Source of the DNA: Candidatus Diapherotrites archaeon LH_S9
GTDB taxonomy: Archaea > B1Sed10-29 > WALL01 > JAGXON01
Direction of reading: 5' to 3'
DNA length: 64,000 nt
NCBI GenBank assembly: GCA_023659865.1
Contig: JAGXON010000001.1
Span: forward strand, 45,968 to 109,967
Shown: in pieces, positions 27,888-36,690 of the stretch
How positions within the stretch are numbered: the first letter of the stretch is position 1
How the letters are laid out: each line of letters begins with the position of its first letter
Translations under genes and position numbers: made by a program
The notes under the pieces: generated by a model
The model's database searches: none
Told to the model about the DNA's origin: nothing
The model's input: only the letters and a program-made list of their open reading frames with translations

Positions 27888-28718
27888 ATGAAGATAGCTG
27901 TAACAGGGGGAAAAGGCGGAACAGGAAAAAGCACAGTAGCAACAGCCCTAGCAACACAACTAGCAAAAGAAAATAAAGTCTTGCTTGTAGATGCAGACGT
28001 TGACTGTCCTGACGACGACCTAATCCTCTCCATAAAGACCCGGAAGACGAAAGACGTTGAAAACATGATACCGGAAATAAATGAAGAAAAATGCATCAAA
28101 TGCGGAAAATGCGCTGAAGCATGTAAAGAAAACGCTTTAGTTCAAGTAAAAAAACAAACTCCGTTTCTCGTTGAAGACCAGTGCACTGGCTGCAAAGCAT
28201 GCAAATACACGTGCCCAGTTAACGCGATAACGGAATCAAAACAAAAAATAGGCGAGATAAGCAGAGGAGAAAACAGCAAGATAAGTTTAGTGAAAGCAGA
28301 CCTCAAACCAGGAATAGAGGAATCAAGCCTCGTTGTCAACGCCTTAAAACGATACGTGGAAAAAGAAGAAGACAAATACGACCACATCATAATCGACACG
28401 GCAGCTGGAACCCACTGCCCCGTAATAGCAGCATTAACAGGAGCAGAAAAAGCTCTGGCCGTGACAGAACCAACACCACTCGGAAACCATGACCTGAAAC
28501 TAATTCTAGAGCTTCTGAAAAAGCTCGAAGTTCCAGCGAAAACAGTTATAAACCGTTCAGACATCTCAAGCAAGAAAGAAACTGAAGAAATAGCAGAAGA
28601 ATTCAGTTCACCTGTGATAACTGGGATACCTTACAGTAAAAAAATCCAGGAAGACTACGCAGCAGGAAAACCGATCGAACACGAACAAATAAATAAAATA
28701 GCGGAGGCGATAAAATGA
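27888..28718 (+). CDS. MinD/ParA-superfamily P-loop ATPase with an inserted 2x[4Fe-4S] ferredoxin domain (COG1149-like)
   Basis: The deviant Walker A GGKGGTGKST is present, as are CIKCGKCAEAC and CTGCKACKYTCP. Confidence 0.75.
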   Translation: MKIAVTGGKGGTGKSTVATALATQLAKENKVLLVDADVDCPDDDLILSIKTRKTKDVENMIPEINEEKCIKCGKCAEACKENALVQVKKQTPFLVEDQCTGCKACKYTCPVNAITESKQKIGEISRGENSKISLVKADLKPGIEESSLVVNALKRYVEKEEDKYDHIIIDTAAGTHCPVIAALTGAEKALAVTEPTPLGNHDLKLILELLKKLEVPAKTVINRSDISSKKETEEIAEEFSSPVITGIPYSKKIQEDYAAGKPIEHEQINKIAEAIK

Positions 28719-29602
28719 AGGAACTGACAGTACTATCAGGAAAAGGAGGAACAGGAAAAAGCAGTATAACAGCATCACTTGCAGCAATCTTATCAGAAGA
28801 AAAAGAAATAGTCACAACGGACTGCGACGTGGACGCCTCGAACCTGTCCATACTTTTAGGAAACAAGAGACCGTACAGCACTAAAGAAATATCCACGAAC
28901 GAGAAAGCCTTTGTGAAAAACCCGGAGAACTGCAGAGGAAAAAACTGTAAGAAGTGCGTGGACCTGTGCGCATTCTCAGCAATCGAATGGAACGAAGAAA
29001 AAGAAATACCGGAGATAAACAAGTTCCTGTGCGAAGGGTGTGGCTCCTGCAAAATAGCGTGTCCAGAAGACGTCTTCGAACTGAAAAAAGTGAATAACGC
29101 TACTCTAACCGAAACAGATACTGATTACGGATTTCCTCTAGTATCAGGACAGCTGAAGATGGGAGAAGCAGGCTCAGGAAAAGTAGTAGACCTCATAAAA
29201 AAGATAGCAAAAGAAAAAAACAGAGAAATACTCCTATCAGATTCCGCAGCCGGAATAAGCTGCCCAGTAATAGCTTCAGTAAGAGACAGTGACTACGTTG
29301 TAGCAGTCACCGAACCATCGCCAGCGGCTTTAAGCGACCTGAAAAAAGCTCTAGAAATAGTTGAGCACTTTGGAATAAGCTACGGGATAATCATAAACAA
29401 GTACGACTTGAACAAAAAATCCACTGAAGAAATAGAAAAATTTGCAGAAGAAAAAGACGCCAAAATCCTTGGAAAAATTCCTTTCGACAAAAAATTCGTG
29501 GAATCGCTGGTGAAGATGAAACCAGTAGTGGAAGAAAGCAAGGAACATCGAAAGATGTTCTCCAGTATTCTGGAAAAAATCATGGAAGACTCCAAATTAT
29601 GA
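28715..29602 (+). CDS. MinD/ParA-superfamily P-loop ATPase with an inserted ferredoxin domain (paralog)
   Basis: GKGGTGKSS is present, plus CRGKNCKKCVDLCAF and CEGCGSCKIACP. An ATGA overlap links it to the upstream paralog. Confidence 0.75.
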   Translation: MKELTVLSGKGGTGKSSITASLAAILSEEKEIVTTDCDVDASNLSILLGNKRPYSTKEISTNEKAFVKNPENCRGKNCKKCVDLCAFSAIEWNEEKEIPEINKFLCEGCGSCKIACPEDVFELKKVNNATLTETDTDYGFPLVSGQLKMGEAGSGKVVDLIKKIAKEKNREILLSDSAAGISCPVIASVRDSDYVVAVTEPSPAALSDLKKALEIVEHFGISYGIIINKYDLNKKSTEEIEKFAEEKDAKILGKIPFDKKFVESLVKMKPVVEESKEHRKMFSSILEKIMEDSKL

Positions 29603-29612
29603 ATACCTAACC

Positions 29613-29649
29613 AAAACCTTTATAAAGTATAATGAATACAAATTCATTA
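29613..29649 (+). promoter_or_regulatory. Archaeal promoter (CTTTATAAA) plus the perfect 8-4-8 palindrome TAATGAAT-ACAA-ATTCATTA
   Basis: Near-identical to 24738-24774. It sits about 25 nt upstream of the ATG at 29675. Confidence 0.55.
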
Positions 29650-29674
29650 AAGTTTTTATGGAGGTGAACAAAAA

Positions 29675-30061
29675 ATGCCATTTGGAGACGGAACAGGCCC
29701 AAGAGGCCAAGGACCAATGACAGGAAGAGGATTAGGGTTCTGCGCAGGCTTTAACAACCCAGGATTCACCCAAGCAGCACCAAGAAGAGGGCTCGGAAGA
29801 GGCCAAGGTTTCGGAAGAGGCCAAGGTTTCGGAAGAGGTCGAGGTTTCGGAAGAGGACCTGGATTTGGAGCAAGATTTGCCCCATCAACTGCAAGAACTC
29901 CTGCAAGAACTCCTGTAAGAGCACCTGCTCAGAGGATGACAAAAGAAGATGAAACGAATCTACTGAATCAGGAGAAACAAGCAGTGGAAAGAGAGCTGGA
30001 AACGCTCAAAAACGAGCTCGAAAATATAAAAGAGAGAATAAACAAAATAAGTGAAGAATAA
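29675..30061 (+). CDS. DUF5320-like protein with a Gly/Arg/Phe-rich N-terminal half and a C-terminal coiled coil
   Basis: MPFGDGTGPRGQGPMTGRGLGFCAGF is followed by GRGQGFGRGQGFGRGRGFGRGPGFG. The C-terminal heptad-like segment is EKQAVERELETLKNELENIKERI. Confidence 0.55.
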   Translation: MPFGDGTGPRGQGPMTGRGLGFCAGFNNPGFTQAAPRRGLGRGQGFGRGQGFGRGRGFGRGPGFGARFAPSTARTPARTPVRAPAQRMTKEDETNLLNQEKQAVERELETLKNELENIKERINKISEE

Positions 30062-30362
30062 CATGACTCGACCTAGAAAACCACGAACAGTAAGAAGAAA
30101 GCCAGGAGCCACATACTTCAAACCAAGAGCAGTTCCCCTGTCCACCTTGAAAGAGGTTACGATATCAGTGGGCGAGCTCGAAGCAATACACTTATCTGAT
30201 GCAGAAGGAAAAGACCAGAAAGAAGCAGCAGAAGAAATGAACATCTCGCAACCAACTTTCAGCAGGCTCCTGGCGTCAGCAAGAAAAAAAGCAGCGGAAG
30301 CTCTGTACAAAGGAAAAGCAATAAAAGTAGAAGGGGGAGAATACAAGCTAAAGGAGGATTAA
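30051..30362 (+). CDS. DUF134/UPF0251-family predicted DNA-binding regulator (sigma-70 region-4-like HTH)
   Basis: The sequence RPRKPRTVRRKPGATYFKPRAVPL...ELEAIHLSDAEGKDQKEAAEEMNISQPTFSRLLASARKKAAEAL matches the family. Confidence 0.65.
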   Translation: MKNNMTRPRKPRTVRRKPGATYFKPRAVPLSTLKEVTISVGELEAIHLSDAEGKDQKEAAEEMNISQPTFSRLLASARKKAAEALYKGKAIKVEGGEYKLKED

Positions 30363-30363
30363 A

Positions 30364-30570
30364 ATGCCTGAAGGCGTGCCAAGAACTGATGAAGAAAGAA
30401 AAGAAAGACATGAAGAGAAGTACGGAGATACTAACATACCTGAAGAGCGTAAGGGAAAAGCATCAGAGGCACTGGAACAAAAGAAAAACTTAACTCCTGG
30501 AATAGAAATAATCCTTGTGATAGCAATCCTAATTTCATTATGGATAATCGCTCAAAGATGGATCATCTGA
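30364..30570 (+). CDS. Small protein with a C-terminal TM helix
   Basis: 68 aa with a charged N-terminus and a hydrophobic C-terminus. Confidence 0.3.
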   Translation: MPEGVPRTDEERKERHEEKYGDTNIPEERKGKASEALEQKKNLTPGIEIILVIAILISLWIIAQRWII

Positions 30571-30613
30571 ACAAACTTTTATATAATCTAATAAGATCAA
30601 AAAGTAAGAAAAG

Positions 30614-32017
30614 ATGAATCTAAAAAAATTGTTTTTTGGACTCTTAACGATACTTATATTATTTGCACCAGCAGCAACAGCAGCAAAAACTTGCACAACC
30701 TACTTCACTGGAGTGGGATGCCCACACTGCGCTAAAGCAGACCCGGTAGTTCTTGAAGACTACCCACAAGACTTCAATAGCTTAGTTGTAATAGAGTACG
30801 AGATATACCAAAAACAATCCAATGCACCTCTTCTCTACAACTTCAACTCAAATTATAACTCGGGCCTAGGCGTGCCTGCCCTCATATTCGGGGAAGACAA
30901 TTCACTTGTTGGAGATCGGCCAATACTTCAGAAAGGGGAAAAATCAGTTTCTGATCACGAAGGAAACGCTTGTCCAACCTCGATAGGTAAAATAAAGTTC
31001 GATAGCCTTGATTTATCAAAACTCGAGGGCTACCCCAAGATCTGGGCCAACAAAAGAGTAATCCTTGGCAAGCCTGATAATTCAAGCTCGAGCGAAGTTC
31101 TGAAATCGCTCTTGTTCGAGGAAAATCTAGTAGAAGAACTGGAAAAAATGAACAAAACCTCTAAAAGCCCTTCCTCAGTCCCGTTATCCGGAAAAAGCGT
31201 TAACTTTGATAACGCCGTCCAGATAGATGGAGCAACACTTCAATGGAATGGGAAAGGATTGGAAAAGCAAGGAAATGGGACCAGTGCCACCAGACCACAA
31301 GGAGATTACTCCAGGATCAGTCCTGACCTCACTTTGCCAAAGATAGTTGGACTAGCTGCAGTAGATGCTGTCAACCCGTGCGCTCTAGCAGTTCTGAGCC
31401 TCATGCTTATCTCAATAATCACTTACAATCCAAAAGAAAAGAGGAACATACTCCTGGCAGGACTGGCGTTCGTTGCATCTGTTTTCGTCATGTACCTGTT
31501 CTACGGCCTAGTTATAGTGAAATCATTTCAGTTGATTCAAGCATTAACATCAGTTAGAGTAATGCTTTACAAAGCTCTAGGTGTTCTAGCGATAGTTCTT
31601 GGTATACTTAACTTAAAGGACTTCGTGCACTACAAGCCCGGAGGATTTGGCACGGAGATGCCGAAGTTCCTAAGACCGAAAGTGAAGAAAATAATCTCTG
31701 GAATTACTTCACCTAAAGGCGCTTTCCTGGTCGGTGCTTTCGTAACGCTGTTCCTTTTACCATGCACAATCGGCCCCTACGTCATAGCCGGAGGAGTACT
31801 ATCCACACTAGGTTTACTTAAAACTCTTCCAGCGCTGTTACTCTACAACGCAATCTTCGTTCTTCCAATGCTAGCGATAACCATAATCGTTTACATGGGA
31901 ATGAGTTCAATAGAAGACGTCTCAGAATGGAGAGAGAACAACATACGCTACCTGCACTTAATCGCAGGAGCAATCATCTTAGGGCTTGGAATCGCAATGG
32001 TTCTAGGGCTGGTATAA
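30614..32017 (+). CDS. Thiol:disulfide interchange membrane protein (CcdA/DsbD family) with an N-terminal thioredoxin-like CPHC domain
   Basis: There is a signal peptide. GCPHCAK is present, plus the transmembrane Cys motifs AVNPCALAVL and LLPCTIGPY. Confidence 0.6.
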   Translation: MNLKKLFFGLLTILILFAPAATAAKTCTTYFTGVGCPHCAKADPVVLEDYPQDFNSLVVIEYEIYQKQSNAPLLYNFNSNYNSGLGVPALIFGEDNSLVGDRPILQKGEKSVSDHEGNACPTSIGKIKFDSLDLSKLEGYPKIWANKRVILGKPDNSSSSEVLKSLLFEENLVEELEKMNKTSKSPSSVPLSGKSVNFDNAVQIDGATLQWNGKGLEKQGNGTSATRPQGDYSRISPDLTLPKIVGLAAVDAVNPCALAVLSLMLISIITYNPKEKRNILLAGLAFVASVFVMYLFYGLVIVKSFQLIQALTSVRVMLYKALGVLAIVLGILNLKDFVHYKPGGFGTEMPKFLRPKVKKIISGITSPKGAFLVGAFVTLFLLPCTIGPYVIAGGVLSTLGLLKTLPALLLYNAIFVLPMLAITIIVYMGMSSIEDVSEWRENNIRYLHLIAGAIILGLGIAMVLGLV

Positions 32018-32065
32018 TGCCTTAATCGGTAAAAGTCTAGTCCTCTACTTTTTTTGTAAAGCTCT

Positions 32066-32494
32066 CTAAATCAAGGGATTTCGTTCCTTCCATTTCTCTA
32101 TCTTTGAAGGGAAATCTATCATAACTTTTGCAATGTTCCTCCAGTCTTCTTTAGTTAATTCCCTGTTATCCCTCATTGCTTCTGAAGCCTTCCGGCCATG
32201 AAAAACATGTAGAAGGTGTACTGCTGCTTCCTTAATTTCTTCAGGATCTAAATCTCTGTTTGAAGCGTCTTGTACGGCTGCAGGGGATTTTCCTTCTTCT
32301 TCCTCTATTGCTTGAAGCAAGCTGTTCAACCCTGGTTCATTTATCTCAAATTCTTCTTGGAGAACTTGTTCAGAGTTCTTGGTTGTAGTTTCTACTACGT
32401 TAAATAAAGCGTCCTTGAATGCATCACGTTCCTCTGAATCAATTTCATTAGGCATAACCAAGTTAGAAAGATTCAAATATTTAATCCTTCCCAA
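32066..32494 (-). CDS. Hypothetical acidic protein
   Basis: ORF only. Confidence 0.3.
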   Translation of the reverse strand: MGRIKYLNLSNLVMPNEIDSEERDAFKDALFNVVETTTKNSEQVLQEEFEINEPGLNSLLQAIEEEEGKSPAAVQDASNRDLDPEEIKEAAVHLLHVFHGRKASEAMRDNRELTKEDWRNIAKVMIDFPSKIEKWKERNPLI

Positions 32495-32553
32495 AAAACC
32501 TTAAGGATAAATTTTAATACCTGCCTTCTGTATTCAGAACAGGTGAAAACAAA

Positions 32554-33111
32554 ATGATTGTATGGATACTTCTCGCAATCCTAGTGGTCCTCGGAGTCAT
32601 TGCACTAGCTTTCCTGCTAATGTACAACTCCTTCGTGGTACTGGGAGCAAGAATAGACAACGCATGGGCTCAGATAGACGTTCAAACCAAAAGACGGCAC
32701 GACCTGGTCCCAAACCTCGTTGAAACCGTTAAAGGTTACGCAAAACACGAAAAAGGCGTTTTCAAGCAAGTGACTGAAGCAAGAGCAAAAACAACAAAAG
32801 CAGAAACACCGAAAGAAAAAGCAGAAGCAGAGAACATGCTTTCAAGCGCTTTAAAGAGCTTGTTCGCAGTAGCAGAAGACTACCCGGACCTGAAAGCAAG
32901 TAAGAACTTCCAGATGCTGCAAGAAGAACTGTCAAGCATCGAGAACAAAATAGCTTACGCAAGACAATTCTACAACGATGCCGTGATGAAATGGAACCAG
33001 AAAACAAAACTATTCCCAACAAAGATCGTGGCAGCAATGCTCGGATTCAAAGAAAAAGAGTACTTTGAAGCAGAAGAAGAAGAAAGAAAAGCAGTTAACG
33101 TGAACTTCTAA
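32554..33111 (+). CDS. lemA: LemA-family membrane protein
   Basis: An N-terminal TM helix is followed by the conserved NxxxxxIDxxWAQID...[20 protein letters not shown] region. Confidence 0.75.
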   Translation: MIVWILLAILVVLGVIALAFLLMYNSFVVLGARIDNAWAQIDVQTKRRHDLVPNLVETVKGYAKHEKGVFKQVTEARAKTTKAETPKEKAEAENMLSSALKSLFAVAEDYPDLKASKNFQMLQEELSSIENKIAYARQFYNDAVMKWNQKTKLFPTKIVAAMLGFKEKEYFEAEEEERKAVNVNF

Positions 33112-34016
33112 TGCCAAAAGAATACTACGAAGCTGTAAAAGACAGCAAGAGAAGAACCTGGCTACTTTTTGCAATATTCATAATCCTGATCTTGGCCATC
33201 GGCTGGATAGCAGGACTGTGGCTAGGTTCAGAGATACTTGGAACAGGAATAGCAATCGTCGTGGCCGTAATATGGGGCCTGATAAGCTGGTACGCTGGAG
33301 ACAAAATAATTCTTTCAGTTAGTGGAGCAGGAAAAGCAAGTGAAGACGATTACCCTCGCTTGTTTAACACTGTTGAAGCGCTCGCGATCGGAGCTGGAAT
33401 TCCAAAACCAGAGATTTACGTGATAAATGATCCTGCACCGAACGCTTTTGCAACTGGCAGAGACCCAGATAACGCTAAAATAGCTGTTACAACAGGTTTA
33501 TTGGAGAAAATGGATAAAGACGAGCTTGAAGGAGTTATCGCACACGAGGTAAGCCACATCAGAAACGAGGATATCAGGGTAATGATGCTTGCGGCAGTGC
33601 TCACAGGCATAATAGTTTTGCTCGGGCACCTGTTTTTGCGGATGATGCTTTTTTCAGGAGGAGGAAGAAAAAAAGGTGGCGCGGTAATGCTGCTGATTGG
33701 ACTTGCTTTTGTGATAGCATCGCCTTTTGTCGCTCAGCTGATAAAGCTCGCTATTTCAAGAAGAAGAGAGTACTTGGCTGACGCTAGCGCGGTCGACCTA
33801 GCGCGTAACCCGGACGGATTGATAGGTGCCTTGCGGAAACTCGATGAAGACAAAACCAAGTTATCGAGAGCGAACGGGGCAACAGCTCATCTGTACATAG
33901 AGGACCCGATGAAGAAAGAAGAAGGATTCTTCGCCAAACTCGGAGGCCTTTTTTCAACTCATCCTCCTCTCGAAGACAGAATAAACCGTTTACAGGAAAT
34001 GGCGGCAATTGGTTAG
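33111..34016 (+). CDS. htpX: HtpX-like M48 zinc metalloprotease
   Basis: HEXXH (HEVSHIRNED) and multiple TM helices are present. The pairing with LemA is common. Confidence 0.75.
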   Translation: MPKEYYEAVKDSKRRTWLLFAIFIILILAIGWIAGLWLGSEILGTGIAIVVAVIWGLISWYAGDKIILSVSGAGKASEDDYPRLFNTVEALAIGAGIPKPEIYVINDPAPNAFATGRDPDNAKIAVTTGLLEKMDKDELEGVIAHEVSHIRNEDIRVMMLAAVLTGIIVLLGHLFLRMMLFSGGGRKKGGAVMLLIGLAFVIASPFVAQLIKLAISRRREYLADASAVDLARNPDGLIGALRKLDEDKTKLSRANGATAHLYIEDPMKKEEGFFAKLGGLFSTHPPLEDRINRLQEMAAIG

Positions 34017-34221
34017 GTGAATTACCCACCGCCAAATCTTCTATTTGGAAGTGGACTTCTTGGCTACAAAAAAGGTTAAAACGTTTTTTTGTCTTCGGAG
34101 CTATTTGGTTCATATCTTCAAGATTTTCTCTAGCTTTTCTCTGTTTAACTTCTTTAGGTAAGGAGGTTTTTCAGGGGTCATCACCAGTTTAATGCAGTAA
34201 GTGGCAAAAAAAGTAGTTGGA

Positions 34222-34325
34222 TGGGTCCGCCCGGAGTTGAACCGGGGATCTTCTGCACGTCAAGCAGACGTCTTAACTACCCTTCCCGCAAAGGAACGCG
34301 GAAAACCGGGCTAGACCACGGACCC
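34222..34325 (-). tRNA. tRNA-Val (anticodon GAC) with an approximately 29-nt insertion (putative intron) in the D-loop
   Basis: Minus-strand read: acceptor GGGTCCG/CGGACCC, D-stem GTCT/AGAC, anticodon arm TCTGC-TTGACGT-GCAGA, T-arm CCCGG-TTCAACT-CCGGG, discriminator A73. Total length is 104 nt. Confidence 0.55.
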
Positions 34326-34373
34326 AGAATCCATATACAGTTTTTTGCTAGCTTTTTTCTAAAAAAAGCTGAG

Positions 34374-34465
34374 TGGACCTGAGGGGAGTTGAACCCCTGA
34401 CCTCGTCCACTTTGTCGAATTCTTCCGTCGCCAAGGACGCGCTCTTCCAACTGAGCTACAGGCCC
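34374..34465 (-). tRNA. tRNA-Ala (anticodon GGC) with a canonical-position intron of about 19 nt and a G3:U70 pair
   Basis: Minus-strand read: GGGCCTG-TA-GCTC-AGTTGGAA-GAGC-G-CGTCC-TTGGCG[intron]T-GGACG-AGGTC-AGGGG-TTCAACT-CCCCT-CAGGTCC-A. The G3:U70 pair is the alanine identity element. Confidence 0.65.
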
Positions 34466-34473
34466 AAGCGGTT

Positions 34474-34710
34474 TTATGGGGATATGTAGGTTATGTTGTC
34501 GCCTCTTAAGAACACAGAGCCTAGTTTTTGTTTGACTTGATCGTTTTCTAGTTTTTCTGCGTCCTCTAAGAAGGCGTTTATGTGGACGTCGAAGGTCTTT
34601 AGCGTTCCTCTGTATTTTGAGCCGTTCTTTAGCTTTATTAGTACTTTGTTGTCGATTGCGTTGTTCAAAAAGTCGAAAGGTCTTTTGTCTACCATTGTTT
34701 TTTTCACCAT
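34474..34710 (-). CDS. Sm-like archaeal protein (LSm/SmAP)
   Basis: Sm1/Sm2 motifs are present (VLIKLKNGSKYRGTLKTFDVHINAFLEDAE ... VFLRGDNI). Confidence 0.75.
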   Translation of the reverse strand: MVKKTMVDKRPFDFLNNAIDNKVLIKLKNGSKYRGTLKTFDVHINAFLEDAEKLENDQVKQKLGSVFLRGDNITYISP

Positions 34711-34735
34711 TGATGAGTTTTGTTTTATTTAGTAT

Positions 34736-35524
34736 TTATAAGTTTAATAGTTCTTTTATTCTTTTTATTATTCCTTTGGTTTCCTTCGGTTTCTTGATTC
34801 TTTCTGGAGGCTCTTCGTCAAGCAGGTCTGCCGCTAGCCCGATTATTGCCTTGGCCGCTGGATTCTGTGGATTGGTTAAAACTATTGGTTCCCCTTTCAT
34901 CGTGGATTCTCTTGTTTCAGAGTCTTCGGATATTGTTGCAAGTACGTCGGTTTGCACGGTCTTCCTTATCTCTTCGTTGTCCATTTCTTTTCTCATTCCT
35001 TTTTTCATGTTCACTACCGTGCCCAGAATGTCTAGTCCGAGTTTTCTTTCAGCTATTACTGCCATTTTCATGGAGTCCGTAACTGCTGACGGTTCCGGCA
35101 TGGTGACAATCATGGCTTCGTCTGAAGAATTAAGTGCTGCTAAAGTGCTTTCTTCTACTCCTGGCGCCGTATCAATAAGTATAATGTCTGCGTTAGGTGA
35201 AATAGTGTCTATTATTTTCTTGAACTTCTTTCCATCTATTTCTTCGATGTTTTCTTCCGATAAAGCAGCAGGCATGTACATCGTGTTCTCGTTTATCTCG
35301 TATAAAGCGTCTTCTACGTCTGCTTGTCCTATTAAAACGTCCTGAAGACTTATTGGTGTTCCTTTTTTTCCTAGCATCAGCGAAATGTTCGCCATCCTTA
35401 TGTCCGCGTCAACTATTATCACTTTTTTGTCGAATTCGGCGAGCGCTAGGCCTAGGTTGATTGCAAGAGTTGTTTTTCCTACCCCCCCTTTTCCTGAGGT
35501 TATTGCTATTTTTCTTGCCATCAT
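34736..35524 (-). CDS. minD: MinD/ParA-family cell-division/partition ATPase
   Basis: The deviant Walker A KIAITSGKGGVGKTT and a length of 262 aa are consistent with MinD/ParA. Confidence 0.8.
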   Translation of the reverse strand: MMARKIAITSGKGGVGKTTLAINLGLALAEFDKKVIIVDADIRMANISLMLGKKGTPISLQDVLIGQADVEDALYEINENTMYMPAALSEENIEEIDGKKFKKIIDTISPNADIILIDTAPGVEESTLAALNSSDEAMIVTMPEPSAVTDSMKMAVIAERKLGLDILGTVVNMKKGMRKEMDNEEIRKTVQTDVLATISEDSETRESTMKGEPIVLTNPQNPAAKAIIGLAADLLDEEPPERIKKPKETKGIIKRIKELLNL

Positions 35525-36111
35525 TTTTCCTCCAGGTACTCGTTCATTTTCTTTTCAACTTTTTCCGCGGATTGTTCTCCTGACGTAAGTTTTTTCTCGA
35601 ACTCTATTGCTTTTTCTTCCTCGGTCTTGGCCTCGAAGTCAGGTATGTTGTATTGCTTGAGTATTTCTTCCCTGGTCTTTTCTGCTTCTTCTACCTCGTT
35701 TTCTTCGTACTCGTAGCTGAACGACATTGGAATCGAGGCGTCTGTCCTCTCTTTGCTTCTGGGTTCAAGCAGCAGGAAGTCCTCGTTGAACACTTTCATC
35801 AATTCGCATTGTTCTCCTGAAACAGTGTAAATTTCGTAAATTCCTTGTTCAGCGTCCAAAGCGTTCAAGCACCTTTTCAAAGCTTTTTCAGCTACGTAAT
35901 CACTTTCGTAGTTCAAGTAATCGTAGTGAGCTCCTATGACCCTTCCTTTCTCTATTACAAATATTCCTTCCTCCATCCCCGTTCTTCCTTTCAGGGTTAT
36001 AGTCATGTATCCAGTTTTTTCTTTGGATAGAACTTGCAGCAGGTCCTGTATTGCTGAATCTCCCTCGATTTTCCTGTTCTTTATCGAACATTTACCTACA
36101 GGTATCTTCAT
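35521..36111 (-). CDS. Hypothetical protein translationally coupled upstream of minD, with an acidic C-terminus
   Basis: Shares a 4-nt overlap with minD. No firm motif was found. Confidence 0.35.
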   Translation of the reverse strand: MKIPVGKCSIKNRKIEGDSAIQDLLQVLSKEKTGYMTITLKGRTGMEEGIFVIEKGRVIGAHYDYLNYESDYVAEKALKRCLNALDAEQGIYEIYTVSGEQCELMKVFNEDFLLLEPRSKERTDASIPMSFSYEYEENEVEEAEKTREEILKQYNIPDFEAKTEEEKAIEFEKKLTSGEQSAEKVEKKMNEYLEEK

Positions 36112-36590
36112 TCTTCTGCCTCTTCGACTTCACCCATCATTACTACTTCATCAGCAGTATTTTTTAATGCTGTGGAAAACCCGGGCTCGACCCCTAAGAC
36201 GATAGTGTTCTTTCCTTTGGACTTGGCCTTCATCAGAACCGGTTGAAAATCAGCGTCTCTAGTCATCAGAGCAATTGTGTCTATCGCAGGATTGAAAACT
36301 AGTACTATTGCTTCAGCAGCCATGGCCACATCCACGTCCGTGCCGGTTACGATTGGTTCAAAGCCTTGTGTGGTTACTGCTTCGATGAGTTTATCTGACG
36401 CGTACTGGTCGAGAAAAACTTTCCCAACCTTCATGGTGCCATAATCCTCTATCTTTTCTTTTACTTCCTTCAGATTTATGTTGAATTCTTTTCTCAAGAT
36501 GTTTGGGCCGTCTATTAATATGCCTACCTTCTCCTGTTTTTTAACTAGCCCTAGCTTGTCTTTAACTTCTTCTAATACAATAAAAATCAC
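36108..36590 (-). CDS. NYN-domain (LabA-like) predicted RNase
   Basis: GILIDGPNI...TGTDVDVAMAAEA...MTRDADFQPV matches the NYN/LabA fold acidic residues. Confidence 0.6.
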   Translation of the reverse strand: MIFIVLEEVKDKLGLVKKQEKVGILIDGPNILRKEFNINLKEVKEKIEDYGTMKVGKVFLDQYASDKLIEAVTTQGFEPIVTGTDVDVAMAAEAIVLVFNPAIDTIALMTRDADFQPVLMKAKSKGKNTIVLGVEPGFSTALKNTADEVVMMGEVEEAEE

Positions 36591-36690
36591 CTACGAACGA
36601 AATCAAAACAATTGTATTTCTTTTTACTTGAAGAGTATTTATAATGATTTTGAAAAAAGATTAAATATTCGGGTTCAGTGAATAAAACGA

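Noticed and set aside
34617-35345. 242-aa ORF on the plus strand
   Set aside because: It lies entirely antisense to the well-supported minD gene. The protein is Ser/Leu-rich low complexity, so it is a spurious shadow ORF.
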